This document shows positions 54,521 through 64,000 of a DNA stretch of 64,000 nt, piece after piece (within the stretch, counting starts at the first letter, position 1; every line of letters starts with the position of its first letter). The notes below the pieces were generated by a model. That model saw nothing but the letters and a program-made list of their open reading frames with translations, was not told the DNA's origin and searched no databases. Origin of the DNA: Candidatus Latescibacterota bacterium (lineage in GTDB: Bacteria > Latescibacterota > CBDEFO01); NCBI GenBank assembly GCA_965248755.1, contig OZ252149.1:4352001-4416000 (forward strand). The letters run 5' to 3'. The position numbers were made by a program, and so were the translations under genes.

Positions 54521-54865
54521 ATGGCAGAGTGGATAAACAACTGGCAGGAGATAGAGCTTCCACCGGGATGGTCTGAGGTTTCGGTCCCCCAAAAGGATGG
54601 AAGAGTGCACTTTGATGGAAAAGTCAGGGAGTTTATACTCGGAGGGGAGAAAAACTACGGGGACTGCAAAAACAGGATAAGAATATTCTGGAACAGGAGA
54701 GAGGATGAAAAGCGGGGATGGGGTATATACCAGATGAAAAATGGGAAGGTCGCGTCTAAAATGATCGTAAGAGCAAAGAGGATAGCTCAAAAGGGGAGAG
54801 ACCCTGAAGAGTTCCCCACTGAGGAATTATTGGACACAGTAGATAGGTTTGAGATCTTCGATTAG
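54521..54865 (+). CDS. Hypothetical protein
   Basis: 114-aa ORF with RBS-like AGGGAA, co-oriented in cluster. Confidence 0.6.
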   Translation: MAEWINNWQEIELPPGWSEVSVPQKDGRVHFDGKVREFILGGEKNYGDCKNRIRIFWNRREDEKRGWGIYQMKNGKVASKMIVRAKRIAQKGRDPEEFPTEELLDTVDRFEIFD

Positions 54866-54916
54866 AGATAGGAGTGCATGGTAGGGTCAAGGATACAATT
54901 CAAGAGAGGATAGGTT

Positions 54917-55879
54917 ATGAAACGGGCATTGATAACTGGAATTACTGGTCAGGACGGATCTTATCTTGCCGAGTTTCTACTGGGGAAAGGATACAAGGTC
55001 TACGGCTTAATAAGGAGGAGTAGTACGGGACATCTTGAGAGAATCCATCATCTGGAGGACAAGATAATTACTCTACCTGGCGATCTTTTGGATCAGAATT
55101 CGCTTGTAAGTGCCCTCAAGGAGTCCGATCCTGATGAGGTCTATAACTTAGGAGCCCAGTCCTTTGTCGCTGCGTCCTGGTCTCAGCCTATACTGACGGG
55201 GGAGATCACCGGACTTGGGGTTACCAGCCTATTGGAGTCCATAAAGGCGGTAAAGCCAGACGCTAAATTCTACCAGGCGTCCACCAGTGAGATGTTCGGT
55301 AAGGTTCAAGCGAGTCCGCAAAACGAAAAGACGCCCTTTTATCCGCGCAGTCCTTACGGTGTATCTAAGCTTTATGGCCATTGGATAACTGTAAATTATC
55401 GTGAGAGTTACAATATATTCGCCTGTTCCGGCATATTGTTCAACCACGAATCTCCCAGAAGAGGGTTTGAATTCGTAACCAGAAAGATAACAAGCACTAT
55501 TGCAAAGATAAAGTGCGGATTGGCAGATAGACTAAGCCTCGGCGATCTGGATCCTGAAAGGGATTGGGGGTTCGCCGGAGACTACGTTGAGTCTATGTGG
55601 TTGATGCTGCAGCAGGATGAGCCGGACGAATACGTCGTGGCTACTGGAGTGGCTCACTCTGTCAGGGATTTAGTGAAACTGGCGTTCGAGTGCGTAGATA
55701 TGAATTGGGAGGACCATGTAGACATAGACAAGCAGTTCTTCAGACCGGCTGAGGTCAATAATTTGGTGGGCGATGCGACCAAGGCAAGAAAAAGGTTAGG
55801 CTGGGAGCCGAAGGTTACCTTTGAGGAACTGATAAAGATGATGGTGGAGTCAGACTTGGCCCTGTTCAGCCGAAAGTAG
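54917..55879 (+). CDS. gmd: GDP-mannose 4,6-dehydratase
   Basis: [51 protein letters not shown]. Confidence 0.97.
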   Translation: MKRALITGITGQDGSYLAEFLLGKGYKVYGLIRRSSTGHLERIHHLEDKIITLPGDLLDQNSLVSALKESDPDEVYNLGAQSFVAASWSQPILTGEITGLGVTSLLESIKAVKPDAKFYQASTSEMFGKVQASPQNEKTPFYPRSPYGVSKLYGHWITVNYRESYNIFACSGILFNHESPRRGFEFVTRKITSTIAKIKCGLADRLSLGDLDPERDWGFAGDYVESMWLMLQQDEPDEYVVATGVAHSVRDLVKLAFECVDMNWEDHVDIDKQFFRPAEVNNLVGDATKARKRLGWEPKVTFEELIKMMVESDLALFSRK

Positions 55880-55896
55880 AAGTCGTATTATCCCTT

Positions 55897-57018
55897 ATGT
55901 ATAATATATTAGTTATTGACTACAGGGATATTTCCCATCCCGAGGCCGGCGGCGCTGAGGTCCTTGTACATGAAATTTTCGGAAGGTTAGCCAACAGGGG
56001 ACATAGAATAACACTGCTATGTTCAGGCTACAAAGGCGGAAAAGTCAAGGAGTATATAGGAGGGATGAGGATCTTAAGGGTGGGCAATCAACACAATTTC
56101 AATTTTGTGGTGCCCTATGTCTACCGCAGGAGACTTAGCAAAAACAGCTACGATGCAATTGTGGAAGATATAAATAAGATTCCATTTTTTATGCCTCTTT
56201 TTTCAAATACCTGTGTCCTGCCTGTGCTGCCTCATGTCTTCGGAACGACACTGTTCAAGCAGGCGCCTTTTCCGTTGGCTCTGTATGTGTACAGCTACGA
56301 GAAACTCATCCCTTTCGTATATAGAAACTGTAAGATCTCAGTCCTGTCCCAAAGCACGAAGGAAGATCTTATCGAAAGAGGACTGCCCGAGGAGAATCTA
56401 CAGGTTATACATCCAGGGGTGGACCGGATTCTATATAATACAGGCGATGGAGTTGCAAAGGACTCTTCCCCGATAATCCTCTACGTTGGGAGGATAAAGC
56501 AGTATAAGTGCATAGATCACGTAATACGGGCTATGCCGAGAATTTTGCATAGGGTGCCAGACGCTCATTATCTTGTCGCAGGGACGGGAGATTATTTAGA
56601 TAGTTTAAGACGTTTGACGTCGAAATTGGGTTTAGATGACAACGTTAAGTTCTTGGGGTACATAAGCCATGACGAAAAGGTGGACCTTATGAGGAGGGCG
56701 AGGCTTTTGGTCTATACGTCTCCGAAGGAGGGCTGGGGCCTGTCGGTGGTCGAGGCTAACGCCTGCGGGACGTGCGCGGTGGCAAGCCGATCTCCGGGGC
56801 TTAAGGATGCTGTGGTAGATGGAGAGACGGGGATTTTGGTGGAGCATGGAGATATAGAGGGCCTTGGGGAGGCGATAGCTAACGTGCTGTCGAACAATGC
56901 TCTGAGGGAAAGGCTTTCGAGAAACGCACGCGCCTGGTCCCAAAACTTCAGCTGGGAGAGGGCGGCAGATAAGACGCTTGAACTGATTGAGCAGGCGATC
57001 GAAGGGACGGATAGTTGA
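55897..57018 (+). CDS. Glycosyltransferase family 4
   Basis: HPEAGGAE, YVGRIKQYK, EGWGLSVVEANACG. Confidence 0.93.
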   Translation: MYNILVIDYRDISHPEAGGAEVLVHEIFGRLANRGHRITLLCSGYKGGKVKEYIGGMRILRVGNQHNFNFVVPYVYRRRLSKNSYDAIVEDINKIPFFMPLFSNTCVLPVLPHVFGTTLFKQAPFPLALYVYSYEKLIPFVYRNCKISVLSQSTKEDLIERGLPEENLQVIHPGVDRILYNTGDGVAKDSSPIILYVGRIKQYKCIDHVIRAMPRILHRVPDAHYLVAGTGDYLDSLRRLTSKLGLDDNVKFLGYISHDEKVDLMRRARLLVYTSPKEGWGLSVVEANACGTCAVASRSPGLKDAVVDGETGILVEHGDIEGLGEAIANVLSNNALRERLSRNARAWSQNFSWERAADKTLELIEQAIEGTDS

Positions 57019-57992
57019 AGAGATTTCTAATCTCGGCCATAAAGATATGCGTGAGTCTGGGATTGATCGCCCTTCTGCTTTACAAAATAGGTCTTGAGCG
57101 TCTCTTTTTAGATATAAGTTCTGCAAGGTTGGACTATGTCCTCATTGCGATTTTGATATTTGTGCTGAGCATGTTGTTAGGGACTGCCCAGTGGTATCTT
57201 CTCCTTGTAGCTCAGGGTATCCAAATCTCTTTTGGCAAGGCTGCCTTGTTCTACTTTATTGGGATGTTCTTCAATAACGTCCTTCCGGGGAATATAGCGG
57301 GGGATGCGGTTCGAGTCTATGACGTAAGGAGACTGTCAGGTGAGGGGAGCAGGGCGTTCGCAGCGACGTTTATGGACAGGTTCCTGGGGTTTTTTTTCCT
57401 GATATCCTTTTCTATTGCAGCTTTTGCATTTTCGCCCGAGCTTTGGGACTACAGGTTGCTCGTTTTTTCTATAGGATTACTGTGCCTCGTGTTAGCAGGT
57501 GCGCTTTGCGTTGTGCTGAGCAGGAGACTCGGAACTTTAGCTGAGAACGCCGCACTTGCGGTCGCTCCCACGTGGATAGCTGAGAGGCTAAAGAAGGTGA
57601 AGGAGGCTCTATTCTTGTATCGTTCGAGGCTGAGGCTGCTCTGCTGCGTAGCTTTGATTTCACTGTGCGTTCAAGTTCTGAGGATCGCCGTGCACTACGT
57701 CGCAGGTCTGTCGTTAGATTTGGATGTGGGATTCAAATACTTTCTGGTCTTTGTGCCTTTGGTAGCTATATTCGGGAGCCTTCCTATATCGTTCGGCGGA
57801 TTCGGAGTAATGGAGACTATAGAAGTTCTATTCTTTAGTCTGTTAGATGTGGAAAGTTCTACTGCTTTTTCCATAGGGCTCCTGGCTCGGTTTGCAGGTA
57901 TAGCTTCAAGCGTTATAGGAGGAGTCCTATTTGTGATGAGAAGAGGCGAGAGGGAGCCCCAGGATGTGGAGGTACAGAGACTTCGAGATTGA
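57015..57992 (+). CDS. Lysylphosphatidylglycerol synthase TM-domain / flippase-like protein (UPF0104)
   Basis: FFNNVLPGNIAGDAVR, LPISFGGFGVME; multiple TM helices. Confidence 0.88.
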   Translation: MKRFLISAIKICVSLGLIALLLYKIGLERLFLDISSARLDYVLIAILIFVLSMLLGTAQWYLLLVAQGIQISFGKAALFYFIGMFFNNVLPGNIAGDAVRVYDVRRLSGEGSRAFAATFMDRFLGFFFLISFSIAAFAFSPELWDYRLLVFSIGLLCLVLAGALCVVLSRRLGTLAENAALAVAPTWIAERLKKVKEALFLYRSRLRLLCCVALISLCVQVLRIAVHYVAGLSLDLDVGFKYFLVFVPLVAIFGSLPISFGGFGVMETIEVLFFSLLDVESSTAFSIGLLARFAGIASSVIGGVLFVMRRGEREPQDVEVQRLRD

Positions 57993-58002
57993 GGTGAGAG
58001 CA

Positions 58003-58933
58003 ATGCAGGAACCCGCATATATACGCATGTATGAGTCCGGTAAGTTTGAAGATAGAGTCGAGAGGGCACTGTCTCTCCTTGAGGATTGCCGCGTCTGTCC
58101 TCGGGATTGCAGTGTAAACCGAGCTCGAGGATGAATATGGCGTGTGTCACACCGGACGCTGGGCGGCCGTGGGAAGCTATTTTCCTCACTTCGGCGAGGA
58201 AGATTGCCTGAGAGGATGGAACAGATCGGGTACTATCTTCTTCTCCTACTGCAACTTAAAGTGCGTCTTCTGTCATAATTTTGACATAAGTCAGGAGGGC
58301 AAAGGGAGAAAGGTAAATCCGGATGAACTTGCGGGGATGATGATAGAGCTTCAGGAAAGGGGCTGTCACAACATCAACTTTGTGACTCCTGAGCACGTGG
58401 TTCCCCAGATGATGGAGGCGCTTCCCATCGCAATCGAGCGCGGCCTTCATCTCCCTTGAGTCTATAATACGAGCGGGTACGATTCGTTGGACAGTCTGGA
58501 ACTCCTGGACGGGGTAATAGACATCTATATGCCCGACTTTAAGTTCTGGGACTCTGAGACATCCCGAAGGCTGGTCAAGGCTGTGGGGTATCCCAAAGCT
58601 GCAAAAGCCGCGATCAGGGAAATGCATCGGCAGGTGGGCGATTTAACTTTTGATGAAATGGGCTTGGCACAGCGAGGTCTATTAGTGCGTCACCTGATTA
58701 TGCCCGGCGGATTGGCTGGAACTCGGGATGTGATGAGGTTCATGGCTCACCAGATTTCCCCTGATACATATTTGAATATAATGTCTCAGTACAGGCCCGA
58801 AGGGAAGGCCCATCTTTATCCGGAGATAGATAGGTCTGTAACTGTTTCGGAATACGAGGAGGCTATAAGTATAGCTGAGGAGGAGGGACTGCATCGTTTC
58901 GACGAGCGGAGGAAGACTCTTGTGAACCTGTAG
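58003..58933 (+). pseudogene. PflX-like radical SAM protein pseudogene
   Basis: CRVCPRDCSVNR, +1 frameshift near 58122, HFGEE, CNLKCVFCHN, GCHNINFVTP, in-frame TGA 58457-58459, YMPDFKF. Confidence 0.88.
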
Positions 58934-59050
58934 TAATGCTATGAGTCTTATCGTGTATCTATAAGCAAGGGAGTACATTACAGCGATACTCTAATAGATC
59001 GGTTGAAGTATTTGTTTGATCTTAGATAATCGTTTCGGGAAGATAAGAAG

Positions 59051-59866
59051 ATGAACGATCAGATATACAAAGTGCTTGTCCCATTGATTTATGGGATGAG
59101 TTCTATTCTCTACGTAGTTAATTTTGCAGAGAAGAAGAAGGGTGTGGGAAGGTTCGCGACCGGACTTTTGTACGTGGGATGGGCAGTTCATATCACCTTC
59201 TTGGCCATAAGGGCATTAGGTTCGGGCCACATTCCGTTTGCCAGTTTAGGCGAAGCTCTGTCAATTTGCGCGTTGATGGTCTGCTCGGTATATATGTATC
59301 TGGAATTCAGCAGCAAGGACAGATCGCTGGGGGCTTTTCTTATCCCTGTGGCGACGCTTATACAGACTGCGGGTTCAGTGATGATAAAGGGAGTAGCTCC
59401 TCTGCCAGAGAATTTGAGCAGTGGATGGTTTGAAACGCACGTATCTGCCTCGCTTGTAGCGTATACGGCGTTTGCAATTTCGTGTATGAGTTCCATTATG
59501 TACATATTCCTGTTCGACGAGATTCACGCCAAGCATCTGGGTTTCTTTTACAAGAGATTGCCCCCTTTGGCCACTTTAGATCACATAAATTACAGAGCGG
59601 CAATGACGGGCTTCTGGTTTATGACTTTAGGCATTATGTCAGGGTCGCTGTGGGCATCCAGCGCCTGGGAGGGATTCTGGCAGTGGGACATCAAGCTTAT
59701 AAGCTCGTTTGCAATATGGATCCTGTACGGGGTCCATCTGTTCGGGAGGATGACCGCAGGATGGCAGGGCAAAAGGGCTGCTCATCTTTCTATCGCAGGC
59801 TTTGTCCTTGTCCTGTTTACATTTTCGGTGACGAGTATATTACCTGTGGGAAAACATGTTTTCTAA
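59051..59866 (+). CDS. ccsA: Cytochrome c biogenesis CcsA / HemX-like membrane protein
   Basis: RLPPLATLD, GSLWASSAW..WQWDIK (WWD-like), terminal H; within hem cluster. Confidence 0.88.
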   Translation: MNDQIYKVLVPLIYGMSSILYVVNFAEKKKGVGRFATGLLYVGWAVHITFLAIRALGSGHIPFASLGEALSICALMVCSVYMYLEFSSKDRSLGAFLIPVATLIQTAGSVMIKGVAPLPENLSSGWFETHVSASLVAYTAFAISCMSSIMYIFLFDEIHAKHLGFFYKRLPPLATLDHINYRAAMTGFWFMTLGIMSGSLWASSAWEGFWQWDIKLISSFAIWILYGVHLFGRMTAGWQGKRAAHLSIAGFVLVLFTFSVTSILPVGKHVF

Positions 59867-59905
59867 ATATAGCCGATCCGTAGCATAAATCGGGGGAATA
59901 TTATT

Positions 59906-60781
59906 GTGGAACGTAATATAGATTTAACCGTAAACGGTAGGGCTTTCAGTGTAGAAGTTGATAAAGAGAGGAGCCTTATATCGGTCCTGAGGGACGATTT
60001 AAGCTTCAGAGAGGTTAAGCAGGAATGCGACGACGGCTCGTGCCGTTCTTGCACCGTTATGATGGGAAAACAGGAGGTGCGTCCACTCCGTGCGGTAAAG
60101 TCATGCACTATCAAGGCTGTGGAGGCTGATGGAACAAAGATCCAGACAGAAAAACTCTATTATCCTATGTTCGTGGATATTATGGGCAGGAGGTGCCTTG
60201 TGGTGGGAGGGGGAGAGGTGGCGTGCAGGAAGGTTGAGGCTATTTTGAAGTACGGAGCAAAAGTGTACGTAATCAGCCCTGAGTTTAACGTAGAGATGGA
60301 GAGCATGATAAAGGATAGAGTGGTGACTGCGGAAAAGAGAGAGTTTAAAAGGGGTGATCTTGATGGATTCTTTCTGGTGATAGGGGCAACGGATGACAAC
60401 AGTGTGAACAGAGAGATCTACGCCGAGGCTGAGGAGAGGGGGATTTTGTGCAATATTGTGGATGTGCCTCATCTATGCGGCTTTATAGTGCCCTCAATTG
60501 CAAAGAGAGGAGCGCTCCAGATAGCTATCTCTACCGCAGGCAAGAGCCCTGCATTTTCGAGGACCCTGAGGGAGAAGTTTGAAGAGGAGTTCGGGGATGA
60601 GTACTCCCAGTTTTTAGAGGTTATGGGTGGATTGAGAGAGGTTGTGAAGGATAAGTACCCTGAAGATGAGAACAAACGCAAAGAGATCTTTGAACGTCTT
60701 GTAAGGTCTGATCTTTTGGATTCCATAAGGATCAAGGATGAGGAAAGGATTCAGGAGATATTGTCGGAATGCACATCTTAG
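59906..60781 (+). CDS. Precorrin-2 dehydrogenase/sirohydrochlorin ferrochelatase (CysG-N/SirC) with N-terminal [2Fe-2S] domain
   Basis: Residues 1-82 CoxS-like Cx4Cx2Cx17C; then YYPMFVDI..LVVGGGEVA.RK, CNIVD, IAISTAGKSP. Confidence 0.9.
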   Translation: MERNIDLTVNGRAFSVEVDKERSLISVLRDDLSFREVKQECDDGSCRSCTVMMGKQEVRPLRAVKSCTIKAVEADGTKIQTEKLYYPMFVDIMGRRCLVVGGGEVACRKVEAILKYGAKVYVISPEFNVEMESMIKDRVVTAEKREFKRGDLDGFFLVIGATDDNSVNREIYAEAEERGILCNIVDVPHLCGFIVPSIAKRGALQIAISTAGKSPAFSRTLREKFEEEFGDEYSQFLEVMGGLREVVKDKYPEDENKRKEIFERLVRSDLLDSIRIKDEERIQEILSECTS

Positions 60782-62067
60782 CTGTAGGTTTGAGCTATCA
60801 CACGGCTCCTGTGGAGATAAGGGATAAGGTGGCGTTTCTGCCACACGGCTTGGACGAATCTTTAGAGGCTTTGAAGTCTCAGGAAGATTTCAAGGAGTCC
60901 TTGATCTTATCTACGTGCAACAGGAGCGAGCTTTACGCTGTGTGTGAAGATGCCGGGTCAGGTCGGGAGCGTCTCTTTTCGTTCTTTTCGGACTTTCACA
61001 ATGTGGATCTGGAGGAGTTAAAGCCGTATCTGTTCTGCCTTGTAGATGGTGAAGCGGTAAGACACACGTTTTCAGTGGCGTGCGGATTGGAGTCTATGGT
61101 TATGGGCGAACCCCAGATCGCAGGCCAGGTGAAGGAAGCGCATCAAAGGGCGATGGAGCGAAAGACTACAGAAGTGCTGCTGAATCGCCTCTTTATGGCT
61201 GCAGCTGAGGTGTCGAAGAGGGCAAGGACTGAAACCAGGATAAGTGAGGGACCGGTGTCCATCAGCTTTGCGGCTGTCGAGCTTGCAAAGAAGGTGTTCG
61301 ACCGCCTGGAAGGTAGAACAGCTCTCTTGATAGGGGCAGGTGAGATGTCAGAGCTTACGGCTATTCATCTTTCCTCAAACGGGATAAGTTCGATTATTAT
61401 AGCCAACAGGACCCTGGAGCGGGCAGCTCAATTAGCGGAGAGAATCGGAGCTAAGCCCGTAGCTTTTCAGGAGGGCATAAACTATCTGGATAAGGCTGAT
61501 ATAGTGGTGAGTTCGACGAGCGCGCCTTACTACGTGCTGGGAGCAGATGACGTAGCTCGTGTGATGAGGAGGAGAAATAACAATCCGATATTTTTCATTG
61601 ACATAGCTGTGCCGAGGGATATTGACCCGGAAATTGGGAATCTTTATAATGTGTTTCTGTACAATATAGACGATATAGAGTCTGTTGTGTCTGATAATTT
61701 GATGAAGCGGCAGGAGGAGGCACAGAAGGCAAGGGTTATCATAGATGAGGAACTTGAAAAATTCCTCTCGTGGTGGGGTTCTTTAGATGTTGTTCCTACT
61801 ATTAAGTCTTTGAGAGAGAAGTTTCAAAAGGCGCTTGACATGGAATTGAATCGTCTAAAATCAAAGATGGACAATCTGTCTTATGAGCAAAAGGAGATGG
61901 TCCTAATGCTTATGAGAGGTTATATGAATAAGCTTTTGCATTCTCCGACTACAAGGCTAAAAGAGGCAGTAAATTCCAACGACGGCCTGGAGTATGTGAG
62001 CTCAATAAGGTATCTGTTCGATCTGGATTCGGAGCCCAAGCACGAAAAAGTAGACAGCAAAGAGTAA
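60769..62067 (+). CDS. hemA: Glutamyl-tRNA reductase
   Basis: LSTCNRSE, GLESMVMGEPQI, IGAGEM, DIAVPRDI. Confidence 0.97.
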   Translation: MHILAVGLSYHTAPVEIRDKVAFLPHGLDESLEALKSQEDFKESLILSTCNRSELYAVCEDAGSGRERLFSFFSDFHNVDLEELKPYLFCLVDGEAVRHTFSVACGLESMVMGEPQIAGQVKEAHQRAMERKTTEVLLNRLFMAAAEVSKRARTETRISEGPVSISFAAVELAKKVFDRLEGRTALLIGAGEMSELTAIHLSSNGISSIIIANRTLERAAQLAERIGAKPVAFQEGINYLDKADIVVSSTSAPYYVLGADDVARVMRRRNNNPIFFIDIAVPRDIDPEIGNLYNVFLYNIDDIESVVSDNLMKRQEEAQKARVIIDEELEKFLSWWGSLDVVPTIKSLREKFQKALDMELNRLKSKMDNLSYEQKEMVLMLMRGYMNKLLHSPTTRLKEAVNSNDGLEYVSSIRYLFDLDSEPKHEKVDSKE

Positions 62068-62180
62068 ACAGCATTGAGCGGAAAGGTGCTCCTGCCTGCT
62101 GTCTACGAGATTGCTTCGCTGGTAATAACAAGTTATTCGCTATTGATGCTTTATGTCACTGCTCGCCGCAAAGCAATCTC
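62049..62180. repeat. REP-like palindromic elements between hemA and hemC
   Basis: AGTAGACAGCA/TGCTGTCTAC pair followed by GAGATTGCTT/AAGCAATCTC pair. Confidence 0.65.
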
Positions 62181-62282
62181 AATAGTGAGAACTGAATGAC
62201 CCCGAGAGGTGGTCTAACATTTGCCTGCTAATCTTAATATGTAATTTGGGCGTGCAAGTCTTACACACAAGGAAAGAAGTGA

Positions 62283-63257
62283 ATGCGAATACATAGAAGA
62301 AGGCAGATAATTATAGGCACAAGGGGCAGCAGGTTAGCTCTGTGGCAGTCTGGGTTTGTCAGGGATCTTCTTAAGGATAAGTTCCGGGAGCTTGATGTGG
62401 AACTGAAGGCGATAAAGACCAAAGGTGACGTGGTTCTGAACGCTCCACTGTCGAAGATAGGCAGGAAGGGCGTGTTTACAAGAGAGATCGAAAATGAGCT
62501 TTTAAACGGAAATATAGATATAGCTGTGCACAGCATGAAGGATCTTCCGACAGAGCTTCCCGAAGGGCTAACCGTTGGGGCTATACCTAAAAGAGATGAC
62601 GTAAGGGATGTCCTCGTATCCAGAGATCAAAAGGGTCTCCAGCAGCTTGCTGAGGGTTCGAGGATAGGGACAAGCAGTCTCAGGAGGCGGGCTCAGCTTG
62701 CAACTTTGAGAAATGATCTCGACTTTGCGGACATAAGGGGGAATATAGATACGCGTTTAAAGAAATTAGATTACGGGGACTACGACGCACTCATCCTGGC
62801 TTCTGCGGGCCTGGAGAGGATGGGCTGGAAAGATAAGATAACGGAATATATATCTCCGCAGATATGCCTTCCGGCTCCGGGCCAGGGGGCATTAGGCGTG
62901 GAGATCCGCCAGGATGACAGGCGCGTTTTGGAGTTCGTATCTGTCCTTGAAGATGAGGACACAAGACTCGTGGTCGAGGCCGAAAGGGGTTTTCTGCGGG
63001 GACTGGGAGGAGGATGTCAAGTACCAATCGGCGCCTGGGGGAGAATAGAGGATGACAGCCTCTGCCTTGAGGGTGTGGTTGCCCTGCTGGACGGCAGTAA
63101 ACTGCTCAGGGAGATGGTAGTTGAGAGCAAATCAGACGCCGGCGGGACAGGCAAAAAGTTAGCGGACATGCTCATAGAAAAAGGCGCTGATAGAATACTG
63201 GAAAATGTGCTGACAGAGGCGGAGCGTCCTCCTCAAAACGCTTCAGAGACTGTCTAA
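62283..63257 (+). CDS. hemC: Hydroxymethylbilane synthase
   Basis: IGTRGSRLALWQ, AVHSMKDLP, GTSSLRR, LGGGCQVPIG. Confidence 0.97.
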   Translation: MRIHRRRQIIIGTRGSRLALWQSGFVRDLLKDKFRELDVELKAIKTKGDVVLNAPLSKIGRKGVFTREIENELLNGNIDIAVHSMKDLPTELPEGLTVGAIPKRDDVRDVLVSRDQKGLQQLAEGSRIGTSSLRRRAQLATLRNDLDFADIRGNIDTRLKKLDYGDYDALILASAGLERMGWKDKITEYISPQICLPAPGQGALGVEIRQDDRRVLEFVSVLEDEDTRLVVEAERGFLRGLGGGCQVPIGAWGRIEDDSLCLEGVVALLDGSKLLREMVVESKSDAGGTGKKLADMLIEKGADRILENVLTEAERPPQNASETV

Positions 63258-63315
63258 ACGCTGATCGCGAAATGGTCAGGCAAGGAGCAGTAATCATTAA
63301 TCAGGAGTTACACAC

Positions 63316-64000
63316 ATGAAACTGAGCTCAGCAACTTTTACATGGCCTCTCCTGCCCATGGATGGGGCCGCTGCGATCTTGAGTCTCTTGGGCTTTGAAT
63401 ACGTGGACATCTCCGGCTACACAGATGCCCCGTTTGAGACGATTACGCCGTGGCAGATCTCCGACGATCCGGACGGGGCGAAGGCAAAGGTGAATGCCAT
63501 GCAAAGGGAGCATGGACTTCAGCCGGCGGACTACTTCTTCAGTTTCGGCGAGGGCTTTAAGGGGTATCCGGTGAATCACCCGGACCCTGACGTTCGAAAG
63601 AGGAACCGGGAGACGTTTGAGAATGTCGTGTCCTTTTGCAAGGATCTCGGCTTTTCTCACATCACTCTCCTGCCGGGTGCTATCTGGAATGACCTGGGAC
63701 CTGAACGATCGCTCGAACTTTCGGCTGAGGGACTAAGCGAAATTGTGGCTATCGGAGGTGAAGTAGGCATCCCGGTCGGAATCGAGCCACACTGGGAGTC
63801 CGTAGTTGAGACCATCGAAAGGACACAGCGTCTCTTAGAGATGGTGAACGGCCTGACGCTGACTTTAGATTACACCTATTTTATCGCTCAGGGCGTCGAG
63901 CAGTCCGAAGTGGATGTCCTTGCTCCTCACGCCTCGCACTTTCACGCACGGCAGGGGGCACCCGGACATGTCCAGATGGGAATGGACGACGGGACGCTGG
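63316..64000 (+). CDS. Sugar phosphate isomerase/epimerase (xylose isomerase-like TIM barrel), 3' truncated
   Basis: AGGAG RBS; open to window end; LGFEYVDI, VNHPDPDVR, ITLLPG, IEPHWES, LTLDY, HFHARQ. Confidence 0.85.
   Translation, partial: MKLSSATFTWPLLPMDGAAAILSLLGFEYVDISGYTDAPFETITPWQISDDPDGAKAKVNAMQREHGLQPADYFFSFGEGFKGYPVNHPDPDVRKRNRETFENVVSFCKDLGFSHITLLPGAIWNDLGPERSLELSAEGLSEIVAIGGEVGIPVGIEPHWESVVETIERTQRLLEMVNGLTLTLDYTYFIAQGVEQSEVDVLAPHASHFHARQGAPGHVQMGMDDGTL

Noticed and set aside
58457..58459. TGA in the PflX-like gene as selenocysteine
   Set aside because: Falls at a hydrophobic position (LP-x-VYN), not a Cys site, and the gene also has a frameshift

Overview
Bacterial chromosomal window, probably from an FCB-related lineage such as Latescibacterota. 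This is inferred from secreted proteins carrying dockerin/cohesin plus FlgD-Ig/T9SS-like C-termini, a DUF2723 gene and PhyH/GHL10-type accessory genes. Intact housekeeping blocks are trpS-scpA-scpB-rluB-cmk-plsC-rpsA, selD (Sec-containing), acs, mpl-ldcA, trmH-like/waaF, coaX, CIRCE-groES-groEL, DUF2723-gmd-GT4-flippase and ccsA-cysG-hemA-hemC. They alternate with accessory DNA holding about a dozen pseudogenes or gene stubs and an internally deleted IS1380. Most notable: (1) a 37-bp repeat/36-bp spacer/37-bp repeat inside a nuclease-like gene, within an islet bounded by 11-bp direct repeats; (2) three secreted proteins sharing a dockerin-cohesin-sorting-domain tail, one being only that tail; (3) a [2Fe-2S] domain fused to the siroheme synthase N-terminal module; (4) an orphan small RNA with its own promoter and terminator; (5) a perfect sigma-28 promoter on a small YjfB-like gene; (6) a 111-bp tandem repeat tail on ribosomal protein S1. 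No rRNA, tRNA, cas genes or multi-spacer CRISPR array were recognised. All family calls are by eye from motifs; no searches were run.
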